A DNA stretch of 64,000 bases. It comes from Gordius albopunctatus. Its lineage: Eukaryota. The notes under the pieces are model-generated. The model saw nothing but the letters and a program-made list of their open reading frames with translations, made no database searches and was not told the origin of the DNA. Each line of letters starts with the position of its first letter. Within the stretch, counting starts at the first letter, position 1. Shown here one piece after another: positions 51,290-64,000 of the stretch. A program made the translations under genes and the position numbers. The stretch covers positions 4,650,001-4,714,000 of the forward strand of contig OZ193909.1 in NCBI GenBank assembly GCA_964276515.1. The letters are read 5' to 3'.

Positions 51290-52774
51290 GTCTTCATGTA
51301 TTCTGTTTTCTTTCTATTTACCCTGAGACCACTTTCTTCTATTGCATTTATCCATCTATTTACAGTGTTAGCCAATTCTTGTTCGCTTTTGGCACAGAGG
51401 ATTATATCGTCTGCAAAGATCATTGCCTAAGGAGCTTCCTTGCCCAAATCCTTGGTAATATTATCCATTATTATTATGAATAGGAAGGGACTAAGAGCTG
51501 AACCTTGATGAACTCCAGTGTTGATGGCAAAGCCTTTTGTAGTCCCACCGTTGTTCTAACGTACGTTCTATTTCCCTTGTACATATCTTTTATTGCTCTG
51601 ACGTATACTTGTGGCACATTGTTTTCTTCAAGACATTTCCAAACTAAATTACGAGGTACTTTATCAAAAGCTTTTTCAAGATCGATGAAACACATGTGCA
51701 AATCCTCTTCCCTTTCTTTAAACCGTTCCATTAATCTTCTAACACTGTTTAGGGCGTCTGCTGTAGACCTCTCCGGCATAAATCCGAATTATTTATCTCG
51801 AATTCGAACCAAACTCCAAGCCGTTTTTTTATCACTTTCTCCCACACCTTAAAAGTGTGGCTCATAAGCTTTATCCCTCTGTAATTGTTGCAATCCTGAA
51901 TGTCCCCTTTCATCTTGTATATCGGGATCATGTAGCTATCCCTCCACTCGTTAGGCATTACACCCGTTTTCAAGATATTGTTGAAAAGGTTGGCGAGGAA
52001 TTGTTCACCAGTATTGCCTAACGCTTTGAAGCCTTCTATCGGTATATTGTCGGGTCCAAGAGCTTTTCCTGACTTTAGTTTACTCATAGCAACTTTCACT
52101 TCCGTTTCCGTGATCCAGTCCGCTGTGTTTAATACTCCTATTGTATTTTCCTGGTTAGTGTCTTCGACTACCGGCCCCTTTTCAATTGATAAATCGCTAT
52201 AATAGTCGTACCATCTTTGTAGTATATGGCTGTTGTGTGTTATTATTTTTCCCTTTTGACCCTTAATTAGCCGGCATTCTAGGTAATCTTTAGAATTACA
52301 GGCCCTTGACTTTGCGATTTTGTAGATCAATCTTTCTCCTTCCTTTGAGTTTAGTTTTACATTTATATCGTCGTACACCTTGTTTTTAGCTTTCGCTACG
52401 AATCTTTTAGCCGATTTTTTAGCTACTTGGTAAGCTTGCTTATCATTACTATCCTTACTTTTATACCAAACTTTGTACAATCTCTTCTTTTCCTTGATAC
52501 ATTTTTGCACTTCTTCATTCCACCACCACGTTTCCTTGAGAATTCTTTTAGTGGGCTTGCTTTCACCTAGTATTTGTCGTCCCGCTTTTTGCATTGTGGC
52601 AGCTATACCATTCCATTGATCCTCACATGAAGTATTTATCTTAAATTCAGCAAATTTAATTACTTGTTCCTGAAAATGTTGAATATTATCCTTTAGTTTC
52701 CTCCATTGTATAGTAGCGGCTACTCTTTGAACTTTTTGCCCTTTAAGGATCTCTAATATAAAGTCAATCATCAA
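51290..52774 (-). mobile_element. RTE-clade (BovB-like) non-LTR retrotransposon fragment
   Basis: ETWWWNEEVQ, KALGPDNIP, NYRGIKLMSHTFKVWEK, MPERST.DA, CFIDLEKAFDKVPR, HQGSALSPFLF, MIFADDIIL. Frameshifts and a stop; truncated at both ends. Confidence 0.93.
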
Positions 52775-53729
52775 CAGCTAATCCATCACTTATGAAAAAC
52801 ATAAATTTAAGAATAAATATAGTATATTTTGCTAAGTTCTTTATAAAAACTTGGCTTATTTTTATTGATGTAATCAAAAATACGAAAGATCACAGATTTG
52901 TACTAATGTCATGTTCAATAAATACAACAATATTCTTATATGATTAAATTTGTAAGATAAGTAAAGGAAGTCAAAGTATTGATTATAAATATAAACAATT
53001 CCCTGAGAAACTCTACTTTTATGAGAGAGACAAAGTCTCATAGTCGTAGTCAGCTTTAGAAATACTTGATCCCTAAATTATGGACAATTTTTTAGATAAG
53101 TTTGCCCCCCCCCTTCCTCGTTATCAAATTTTAAACCCTCCCCTAATATTAATGACTAGGTTCATGCAAAATCTACCTATATTACAGCCCATGAACGTTT
53201 TTATTAGAAAAAAAGTTCTGGCAATTCCCAGAAACACCGATTTGATACAGTTACTTTAAATGTCAATTTTAATAGGGTAAGATGAGTAAGATTTCAAAAA
53301 ACCATCATATGAATATTGGCTGGAAAAATTAAAAGCAAAAAATTTAGGATATGAAGATCAATAATGTTCATATTGTTTTTTAGGTTGTAACATAAAAAGA
53401 TGGCGTTGTATCAAATAATTTAATTGCAAGTTACAATGAATGAGGAAAAGTCAAAAATAGAAATTTTTATTTCACTCCCCTTTATTCGCTTTTTTAAATC
53501 CAAATTTATGCCTTTTCCACAACATGGACGCAGACAATATTTAAATGGGGGGGGGGTAAAGTAAATTTAGGCAATGTTTTAAGGGCAAAAAAGAATCATA
53601 TTATAATTAACCATAATAAGGTATATTACTATTATATTTTCGGCCCACATTAATAATTTTAAAGGTCAGACGATTTATGATCTTGGATATTGGAATCGTA
53701 ATTTCATCTATTCTAAAAGATATGTTATA

Positions 53730-54244
53730 TCTAATATATAAAATTCTCGTGAAACGGTGTGGTGTGTTCAACTCCTCCGAAACGGCTGAACCGATTTAGA
53801 TGGAAATTTCTGCGAATATTTGGTAGGTCTCAGCCTAGGTTTTTAACTATATTCGAAATCTCTAAGTCATAAGACGGTCAAGTTATTTAGTTTTATACGT
53901 TTTGTCACTTAATGAAATGTCAATCAAGGTATTTTCTAGAACGTCATGCGTGTAGGTAGTGTTCACCTTTAAGTACTTTTTATTAAATGTTCACATTTTT
54001 ATTTATTTGCTCAGTAATTTATTAAACAATGCCAGTTAAAAGCAAAAGGAACAATTTGGGTCGTCAAACGAAACAAAATGCAGTCAGGAAAATAAAAAGA
54101 GTACAAAGAACAGACGAACAAATCCTACAAAACAATGCAGATAAGCGTATGAGTATGACCCAAATACGTGAATCACAATCGCAAGAGGCACGAGATGAAC
54201 GAAATCAACAAAGACGATTAAAAAACAAGCTCACCCATTTGTAA
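53730..54244 (+). mobile_element. Helitron 5' end with N-terminal fragment of RepHel ORF (54029-54244)
   Basis: a|TCtaatatataaaattctcgtg...actcctccgaaacggctgaaccgattt start. The basic, R/E/Q-rich ORF start resembles RepHel N-termini (recognition from memory). Shares internal blocks with 54657-55613. Confidence 0.6.
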
Positions 54245-54656
54245 ATAAAGTTTTACAAATGGCTATAGTTTTAATTGCCCTTGACCCTCCCCCCCTCCAT
54301 GGATGGTGTAAATAAGCTGAGCCCCTCCCACCCTCCCAAGGTAAAAATTCTATCTAAGCCACTGAGCAATTAAATAACTGTTGAAATTTAATCAAAAGAG
54401 CCCTTCTTTATTTTGATTGTTATCCTTCCATCATGTTAGCATATCAGGTAAAACCTTTTAAATCGACTGAATTTAACACAGCCAGGCATATCTCTAGAGA
54501 TGGAAACATGGGGTATTTTCCTCTAGATTTGATAAGAAGATGTTATTTTAATTAAACTAAAAACATATTACTATAAATTATGGCTATAATCTACCACTTG
54601 CTAAAACTTTTTTAAATGTAACAATTCTAAAATACCTACATACAAAATTCTATCAA

Positions 54657-55613
54657 TCTTATATATAAAAATGAAACTATATATGCCGCAACCAATTTTG
54701 GAAGACTACCGGACCGATTTGGCTCAAAATTTCACAGTTTATTCCTGGCACACGGAGCGTGTTTTAAGATTTGTTCGAGCCAAATCGGTCTAGTAGTTTT
54801 CGAGTTTGTTTTATACGTTTTGACGTTTATTAAAATGTCAATCAAACGCAACCTCATGACGTAATGCGTATCTATCGTGTTCTTTGAAAATTTGAATATA
54901 CAGTTCTTTAATAAAAGTGTATCACTTATAGTATTTTCTAGACAGTCATGCGTGTAGGTAGTGTAGTGTGATAAATGTAGACATGTGCTGCGGAAAATGG
55001 AAACTTTCTACGATTTCAAACATTAAATCAAAGTCATTTTTTTCCTTATTTTTTACGTCAATTATTATTGTAGGACGGTCGTGTCCCCTCCTGCGTGGCT
55101 AAATAAATTTAAAAATCTCATTTTATCATTTCTTGCGCGTTAAATAAGGAGAAAAATGAAAATACTTTTAACAAAGTGCCAATAAATGTTGATATATCTC
55201 AGTTCTTCGAAACATTATTAAGTTCAGAATTAAAAGTTTTATTCAGAAACAAATAATTATGATATTGTTTCTTAATTACAAAAAATTAAAAAAAAATTGC
55301 TTGAAGGTCCAGGGGGCCAAAGATTTTTCCTTGGGGGGGGGCATGGGGCCATGTTTTCTCTCTTGGGTGGGCCTGGGCCTTGGACGCTCTTTAACTATTT
55401 TTTTAAAAATTTTTGCATAATAAACACTTACCAATTGTATTTGATATATTCTTAATCTATTATGCGGAAATAGAACAATAGAAGTAGAACATATAGACAT
55501 CAAACTTTATTTTTACTTCAATAACCGCTTTAACATCATATATGCCCTAAAATTCCAACATAATTTGATACACCCGCGTAAATGACAAAACAACGTTTTC
55601 CGTGTTCATCTAG
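54657..55613 (+). mobile_element. Non-autonomous Helitron
   Basis: a|TCttatatataaaa 5' end and caaaacaacgttttccgtgttcatCTAG|t 3' end, inserted between A and T with no TSD. Confidence 0.65.
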
Positions 55614-56400
55614 TAATTAATAATAAGTGCTATAAAAAGATTTATGCCTCATAATTTTAGCATAAATTTTTCAGTTACCCTGACCGATTTTATTCGTTTA
55701 TTTAAATTAAAAAACGCGCAAAATTAAAAATTTTGCAAAATTAATAAATGGGTATGATATATAATATAATTGATCTAGTGTAATGCAATGATTGATTTAT
55801 ATATCAATTTGTAAAATAAATGAACAAAGTGTTACTTTGATCGATTTCTTAGATTTTAAGAGCAATTTGAATATAATCTATCATAGATGTCATTCCGACA
55901 AAATATTGGAAAGTGTTATAAGACTTAATATTAAAGCATTCGTTATTTATATTACAGAGACTGCATAGTCTCGTAAAATCCTAACAAATATTTAAACATA
56001 GGTATAATGGGTAAAAATACAAATATGATAATAATCAATTTATACTTTCACATTGTTTTATCATTGGGCGCCATATATATTCGAGAAATTAAAATACCAT
56101 CATATCATCAATACTCAATAGATCTTATTTTATTTAATGATGAAAAACATTTTAGCTGGCATAAATTTCCTGAATATTCCTGATAACCATTATTACCGTT
56201 AAAAAATCAAGCTAGTTACGGTATTTTTCAATGTAAACTGGATTGCCCTTTTTAAAAAATTAACCTTCAAAAAATAAGGAGAATCATACTTTCTATCGCT
56301 AATTTATTAAATGTCTCAAACCTGTTTCCGTTGCTAGAATTTTTAATTATAAGCAATAACGTGATATACTAAAAAATTAACACTAGCCTTTAGGATAATT
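55428..56400 (+). repeat. Segmental duplication, copy 1
   Basis: Near-identical to 59825-60816, with a few indels in the distal third. Confidence 0.95.
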
Positions 56401-57344
56401 ATTTTAATTTCCGTCAATAATGTTTTACTAGCACATTTATTTATAGTTCAACGTGAAATACAGGCGGCAACTGGATTTATAACACTACCTAGTAGAACTT
56501 AAAGCGTAGGCAGCAATTTAATTAAATTACAAAATCAATCTTGGGTTCCATAGCAGGTGCTTCATGCCCAACAGTGTTTTAACGAACAAATCCACAACCG
56601 TAATTTCTTTTGATGCTTAAAATAATTAAAATCGTGACTAAGCAATTATGAAATAGTTTTTGGGAGTACTTAGAACAACATATCACCGATTGATAGATAT
56701 GTGATAAGGTTTCACTAAATGTAATGGATTTTACACCATATCTCGAAAGAGCATAAAATGGTTGATTGAACAAGGTAAAAACTTTCGTTAAAAACAATGA
56801 CACAAGTAATTAATTAAATTAACAAAGACCTAATAATCTATAATCAGTATAAATAATTAGCGCGTCTGCCTTTGTGAACAATATTCGATAAAAAGACTAT
56901 ATCTTATGATGGTGAAAAATATGGTCAATCGGAAAATTTAAAGAGTACAATACAATCGGTTTTGATACGGTTAGCAGTGGTGAAATAAAAAGGGTATAAT
57001 AAAGTATAAAAAAATCTAATTAATACTTCACGAAACCTGTAATTCCTTATTATAATTCAAATATGGACTATTTAATTCAATCATACATTTATGTAGTTTG
57101 TGATTTTTGATGTTAAGTTTTCCTCCTAACCCCGCGTTCATGATGACGCGCGAAGCGAAAAAAAGCGAAGTGAATTTTTGTGCTAATTTATCAAACTTTT
57201 TATTATTTTTCTTAATATCTTATATTCATCGTGAATTTTATCATATTAATTATATCACGAAAATAACAATTGTAAATATGAGGTGTTTATAGTGAAACCG
57301 TAGACGATTATTTTCGCCCGCGGCAAAAATCGAACGAAAATAAG

Positions 57345-59824
57345 AAATTCGGGCCTTCGGCCCTCGTGGGAAGGGGGGAAGGGGAGGAGGGGGAGGGGTG
57401 ACGACTCCTCTATACTCCGTATAAACGTAGCATATTTGCTATGCAATTTATGGGCGAGAAAGGTGGGAAGTAGTGATGATCAAAACCTAGGTTTGTACAA
57501 CCCAAAGACCTTTAAGGTCTTTCAAATTCCCTAACCCAAAACTGGGGTGGAACCCCAAAAAGACCTTAAAAACCTTAAGGTCTTTTATACACCCAAACCT
57601 TAACCCGGGGTTGGGGTTAGGTTGACCTGGGGCTAATGTTTTGAAGTATAGGCGTGAAATAAGAGTATATTATTTTTTAGATATTAATATATTTATTTTT
57701 TAATGAAGAAATGAATTTTTTTTAAATATTTTAATATATAATAAATAGAAAATGATTTTTTTATTATTATTCATTTAATTTCATAATATAATCTTGGGGT
57801 AAATTAATTAAAAAATAATATTGGGTTATTGTTTTAGCACCATCTAGCTTGTAATTAAATTCGCCACGAGAACGAGACAGGGATGGCATGGCGAATTTAA
57901 TTACAAGCTAGATGGTGCTAAAACAATAACCCAATATTATTTTTTAATTAATTTACCCCAAGATTATATTATGAAATTAAATGAATAATAATAAAAAAAT
58001 CATTTTCTATTTATTATAAATTAAAATATTTAAAAAAAATTCATTTCTTCATTAAAAAATAAATATATTAATATATAAAAAATAATATACTCTTATTTCA
58101 CGGCTATACTTCAAAACATTAGCCCCAGGTCAACCTAACCCCAACCCCGGGTTAAGGTTTGGGTGTATAAAAGACCTTAAGGTTTTTAAGGTCTTTTTGG
58201 GGTTCCACCCCAGTTTTGGGTTAGGGAATCTGAAAGACCTTAAAGGTCTTTTTCCAACCTTAACCCAAAACCCACCTCGGGTTTGACCTCGGGAAAACCC
58301 AACCTAGGTTTTGATCACCACTAGTGGGAAGGGCGAGAGTGCCTATAGGAGGGTATTAAATGCAAAAGTATTAGTTAATTATTAATTTATACAAATGATT
58401 AAAAAGTTAAATGGTATTAACAAGAACGATATATTAATTTAATTTAAAAAATAACCCCCCCCCTCCCCCCTCTGGTGATAAAGAGGGTAAAAAATAAGGG
58501 GGGGGGGGGTAAAGCAACGGGACAAATAAAGGAAGGGGGGCAAAGTTCTTTATAATATATTTTAATTTTTTATCACAATTTTTGGATTAATATAAGAAGG
58601 AAAAATATTGATTAGCATTATATGCCAATTATGGACCATAAAGCCCGAGCGGGACCTCGAGCCTTGCCGACGGCTTGTTTTTATATGGTCAGGCGGGCAT
58701 CTCAAGAGTATTCGGACTTAATAGGTTTTTCTTTAATTTATTTACTTTGTGTTGGCGTAATACTAATTTTGGCTTTGATAATTTAATAATGATAATTATT
58801 TTACTATCTGGGGAAAAAATATAGAGAATTCATTTAGTCGCTAAATTGGTTCCATAAAGAGTATTTACTGTTTAATTAACAGTAAAATTATAGACTTTTT
58901 CCTAGATGGAAGAATTTAAATTATTTTTTTAAACTCCAAAAATCTCTAACAATCTTGGAGCTCCGTCCGCCCCCTCGACATCTATTAAATAATAGTGTTT
59001 GTTTCTTAATTTTGTTTACAATATATATCCTCAATATTTTTTTTTAGTTTTGACAATTTCCAAATTATTTCCAAAGGATAGCAAATACAAAATATAAACC
59101 CAAACCAGGCGCGAATTTATGTAACTTTTGCCCCAAAATCCGCCCTTTTTTTCGGGTTAACAGGAAAGATTACCCCAAACTAAATATCTAATTACAGGGA
59201 AGGGGGGGGGATAAATTTTGTGTCAAAGTTCGAATAAACAAAAACTTATTAAATTAATAAAATCTCACTTTAGCCAGTGGTCATTTTTTCATTGATCAGT
59301 AGCCAGCAAACGGCCAACTAGCCTATATTCCAAATATAAAAAAAAAATGGCTACACTTTGGCCAGTGTTCATTTTTTTTATTGGTCAGTACCAAGAGATG
59401 GTTTATAAATACATACGAGTCGAAAAAAACAAGAAAAAAAATTTCGATACACACTTTGGCCAATGGTGATTTGTTTTCCATTGGTCAGCAGCCAGCGGAC
59501 GGCCAAAAAGTCATATTATCAATGGTATTAACATGAAAATATATATTTTTTTAATTAAAAAAAAATAAAAACCCACATCAGTAGAGGCATAGGCTTCTGT
59601 AGGGGAGGGCACAGGGTAATTATCAATGTTAACCAACTCAAAAACAAAAAAATTTCGATTCATTTGGGCAATGGTCATTTTTTTCATTGGTCAGTAGCCA
59701 GGACACGGTTAAAAAGTCATATTATCAATGGTATTAACAAGGACAATATATTAATTAAATAATAAAAACAAAAACAGTTTGCCCTCTCCGGGATTTGAAC
59801 CCACATCAGTAGAGGCATAAGCCT
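57345..59824 (-). mobile_element. Second DINE-1/HINE-like copy, reverse strand, 5'-truncated, with nested insertions
   Basis: Stem-loop gggccttcggccc at 57351-57363, subTIR at 57436-57452, and reverse-complement satellite monomers at about 59265-59824. Confidence 0.75.
57471..58323. mobile_element. Palindromic hAT-type element (about 360-bp arms, 22-nt loop)
   Basis: TIR tagtgatgatcaaaacctaggtt / aacctaggttttgatcaccacta, perfect 8-bp TSD gtgggaag, arms about 57503-57866 and 57889-58251 almost perfectly complementary. Confidence 0.93.
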
Positions 59825-60816
59825 TTACCAATTATATTTGATATATTCTTAATCTATTATGCGGAAATAGAACAATAGAAGTAGAACATATAGACATCAA
59901 ACTTTATTTTTACTTCAATAACCGCTTTAACATCATATATGCCCTAAAATTCCAACATAATTTGATACACCCGCGTAAATGACAAAACAACGTTTTCCGT
60001 GTTCATCTAGTAATTAATAATAAGTGCTATAAAAAGATTTATGCCTCATAATTTTAGCATAAATTTTTTAGTTACCCTGACCGATTTTATTCGTTTATTT
60101 AAATTAAAAAACGCGCAAAATTAAAAATGTTGCAAAATTAATAAATGGGTATGATATATAATATAATTGATCTAGTGTAATGCAATGATTGATTTATATA
60201 TCAATTTGTAAAATAAATGAACAAAGTGTTACTTTGATCGATTTCTTAGATTTTAAGAGCAATTTGAATATAATCTATCATAGATGTCATCCCGACAAAA
60301 TATTGGAAAGTGTTATAAGACTTAATATTAAAGCATTCGTTATTTATATTACAGAGACTGCATAGTCTCGTAAAATCCTAACAAATATTTAAACATAGGT
60401 ATAATGGGTAAAAATACAAATATGATAATAATTAATTTATACTTTCACATTGTTTTATCATTGGGCGGCATATATATTTGAGAAACTAAAATACCATCAT
60501 ATCAATACTCAATAGATCTTATTTTATTTAATGATGAAATAAGCTGATAGCAACTCTCTGGATTCAAACATTTTAGCTGCCATAAATTTCCTGAATATTC
60601 CTGCGTTAAAAAATCAAGGTAGTTATTGTATTTTTCAATGTAAATTGGATAGTATGTTGCCCTTTTTAAACAATTAACCTTCAAAAAAGAAGGAGAATCA
60701 TACTTTCTATCGCTAAATTATTAAGTGTCTCAAGCCTGTTTCCGTTACTAGAATTTTTAATTATAAGCAATAATGTGATATACTAAAAAAAAATAACACT
60801 AGCCTTTAGGATAATT
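59825..60816 (+). repeat. Segmental duplication, copy 2
   Basis: Matches 55428-56400, including the Helitron 3' CTAG end. Confidence 0.95.
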
Positions 60817-60832
60817 TGGTTTATTTTTCTTA

Positions 60833-61281
60833 CCCCGCGTCCGTGATGAAGCGCGAAGCAAAAAAAAGCGAAGTGAACTTTTGTGCTAATTTATCAAACT
60901 TTTCATTTTTTTTAAATACCTTTATATTTTTAGTGAATTTTATCATATATATCACGAAAATAACAATTGTAAATAGGAGGCTTTCATAGTGAAACCGCAG
61001 ACAATTATTTTCGCCTGCGGCAAAAAGCGAACGAAAATAAGATACAAATCATTTTGTACTTTTCGCGCAATGGTTAAAAAATTGAATGCGGTATGTATGT
61101 ATTTTTTATATAATTGTATATGTTCATAGAATAATTATGATCTTATCAATGAATGCCATTGATATATGATAAATTTCAGGGTGAATATAAAGATATTAAT
61201 AAAAAAATAAAAAATTTGATAAATTAGCCCAAAAATTCATTTAGCTTTTTTTCGCTTTCGCGCGTCATCACGAACGCGGGG
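60833..61281. mobile_element. TA-flanked MITE (ccccgcgt.cgtgatga.gcgcgaa TIR)
   Basis: About 35-bp TIRs with ta on both sides. The left half is also present at 57130-57345, where the HINE interrupts it. Confidence 0.8.
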
Positions 61282-61891
61282 TAAAGTTTTTAAGGTCGAC
61301 CAAACAAAACAGCAGTTTTTACAACACTATAGACATTTAAATTGGTCAATATTGAATGTCTATATATAACATGGCAAATGTTTTACTAATATCAACCCTT
61401 GAACAGATTAAAGCACATTTGTCAATCCTTAATCATATTCAACAAGCCAGTAAGAGACGTTTTTTTGAAGGCACTATCTACTGAAACGTTAAATTTATTT
61501 TTACCTAAGTGGCACGATAATAATGTGTTAAAAACCTTTATTCTATTTATATTCTAATTAATTTTTCAAATGCAAGCTATATTTATATGGTATCTATATG
61601 ATTTGTCCCTGCAAAAGACAAAATTTTATGACTTTGAAAATTTAATGATTTATTCCTTATATGATGTTGCATACATCGTAATTATGTGTGTTGCTTTATT
61701 TGTCAAAATTTACTTGCTAAAAATATAAAAGGTAAACAGTTTAAAGGAGATAAAGTTTTAAAATCTTAAATGTGCTTTTTAAAAGTGAATGGGGAAAATG
61801 TCCATTGACTGCACCGTACTGATTTAAGAAATTATTTGATAATTAGGGGTAATTATAGTTCACTCTATACCAATAGTTTAAGGTTTTATAC

Positions 61892-62071
61892 TGTTGGGGC
61901 TGGGAATCTTATTTACAACAGGTTACGAAGCGATACAATAATCGAAAGTGAGTCAAACGCATATATCAAACGCATATATAAGTTACAACCAATTAATGAT
62001 AATTTGATTGACAACACATCGGTAAAAAACGTATCCCGGGAGGCACTTCGCACTCCTATTACCTCTCTACA
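61892..62071 (-). repeat. Putative 3' LTR of the Gypsy element
   Basis: Minus-strand polypurine tract aaaaggggggaa (62084-62073) directly precedes TGT. The CA end at 61892 is tentative. Confidence 0.45.
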
Positions 62072-62099
62072 GTTCCCCCCTTTTCACAGACAAAATCCT

Positions 62100-64000
62100 T
62101 AAGGAATGCTGGCGGTTTCCGACTACGCTGTGGGTATCTAGGTTCTTCCCTAGGCATTCCTGACTGGTTTTGAATTTGTTCCATTGTAGCACTTGTTCCT
62201 TAGTTTTGTATTTGTTTCCTTAGAGAACTTGTTCTCTCTTCCCTTTCTGATCATATCCTTTGTTGCCACCCGTTCTCTTGTCTTAGAGTGGTCCTATCCA
62301 GGATTTTCCGTTTTTTTACTTGATCCACGTGTCGGTGGTGCTTTCTTCCCTGTGCCCATACATCGTAGGAACGACTACAGTGCTTGTCTTTTATCGTGGC
62401 TTCTACCCATTTGCTTGGTCCCAAAAACATGCTTATCCCAAACCAAGTCTCCTACGTTGAAACTTCGCGGGTTCCCGGTCTCTACACATTGTTGTGGTAC
62501 GGTTCCCCCCAATACCTCCCATTCGGTTCGCATTCGTCTTTTTAGCATCACCTCTGCTAGGCTTTTATTGGTTGTGGGCTGTTTTATAGATCTGTAGTTT
62601 TCCAAAAATCTACTTAGCCCTACTTCCGACTCTTTCCTAATAATGGCTTCTTTAATTAATCGTACATACCTTTCTGCCAAACCGTTCAACGCAGGATGGT
62701 AAGGGACTGTCCATCGCTGATTAATCCCTCTCATCTTGCAAAAATTCTGCAATTCCTGCCCTTTGAATTTGGGACCGTTATCTGATATTAATCAAGGTGG
62801 ATTTTCAAATCTAGCAAACGTTTCGGCAAGTTTTTTTTATAATGGTGGTCGATATCGTGTCTTCAAATTTAAACACCTCTACCCTTTTCGAGCTATTGTC
62901 CACCATCACCAGGTATGACTTACGCTTGAGAGGACCCATGATATCGATATGTACTGGAACCCATGCTCTATGGCTCGGTTGACACTCTATCAACGGTGCC
63001 TTCTTCGCCGCCGCGGCCGTGTAATTGCACCTCCGGCACCCTTTCGCTACGCTCACTAAGTCATCGTCGAGAGTAGGGCAGCATATATACTGCCGCGCCA
63101 CTTCTTGCATTCGCTTGATACCCATGTGGTCCGTATGTAGTCTTTGGAGTACCGCTCCTCGTAACTTAGCCGGAATTAATATTCGTCGCCTTTTGAAAAA
63201 TATTCTGTTTTTGGCTTCATATAACTTTGGCAGGTGTTTTTCGTAGGAGCGTTTTAGACCATACGTGACCATTGTGTTTTGTTTAACTCTAATCCACTCT
63301 TTTAATTGACGTAGCCCGGATCATTCAAGACGTGTTGTCTTACTACGTCCAATGATATAAACAGATTCGTCGAGTTATCTGGCATTTCCTCGCTAACCTT
63401 ATACGCGTCTTCGTTCGGTTTTCTAGACAAGAAATCTGCCGCGTTTCCGGATCCCTTGTTGTACTCAAAATTGGTCGTGTAGCCTGATACCATGAGCGTC
63501 CACCTAGATCATTGTTCCTTGCCCCTTTTGCTCTGATCAAATATATATATATACTAGCGGTCTATGATCCGTCATAATAGTCACACTTCATCCTTGTTTA
63601 TATTCATTGAACTTTTTTAGTCCATAAACCACCGCAAGCGCCTCTTGTTCGATCGTCGAATACCGGCTTTGGCTATCGTTTAACGCTCTTGAAGCATAGG
63701 CCACCACTCTCCAATTCTTTCCTGGTGCTCGTTGATGTAAGATGGCCCCTAACCCTGTACCAGGGGCTTCTACGACCAGGCCAATCTCCCAATCTCCATT
63801 TAGGTATGCCATTGGGGGGGGGGGGCTTTTGTAAGCGCGGACATGATGGTATCAAATGTGCCTTGTTGTTCTCCACCCCAGTGGTACATCACGTATTTTT
63901 ATGAGTTTCTGAATCGGGTGCAGTTTGGCGTAGTCCCTAATCAACTTTGAAAAATATGCTGTTAACCCAAGGAAGGATTTTACATTTTTGTTTGTTAGAT
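62100..64000 (-). mobile_element. Decayed Ty3/Gypsy LTR retrotransposon pol (RT end, RNase H, integrase)
   Basis: GLGAILHQ..VVAYASRALNDSQSRYSTIEQEALAVVYGLKKF, ADFLSR, LH.DHMGI..C..C, VHIDIMGP, SDNGPKF, PYHPALNGLAERYV in RT-RH-IN order. Several frameshifts; runs off the window end. Confidence 0.93.

Noticed and set aside
55850..56900. Possible micro-intron gene in the duplicated segment (ORFs 56579-56803 and 60502-60684)
   Set aside because: No consistent spliced frame was found, and indels between the two copies are not frame-preserving.

Overview
AT-rich eukaryotic (invertebrate-like) genomic DNA with no prokaryotic features. Four spliced genes can be assembled by hand with consistent intron phases: Crk (+, 8 coding exons, 4848-17447), a hydroxylysine kinase HYKK/AGPHD1-like gene (+, 7 exons, 22042-35096), a shortened EPS15-like EH-domain gene (-, 14 exons, 42899-35528) and a DRAM/TMEM150-family gene (-, 4 exons, 45379-44389). 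A candidate cysteine-rich modular gene lies at 642-972. Introns and intergenic DNA are packed with DNA transposons: many hAT derivatives and MITEs with 8-bp TSDs, Mutator-like and foldback-like elements, Helitrons, and DINE-1/HINE-like elements carrying an expanding satellite. There is also an RTE LINE fragment and a decayed Gypsy element. The main unusual signals are: (1) a bimodal intron architecture, with 32-42 nt micro-introns (one inside a transposase) next to multi-kb TE-filled introns; (2) relaxed splice signals; (3) a switch in CpG density and intron size inside the EPS15-like gene; (4) an unannotated exon-per-module Cys-rich gene; (5) a HINE generating a higher-order satellite. All models come from manual reading, without RNA or database support.
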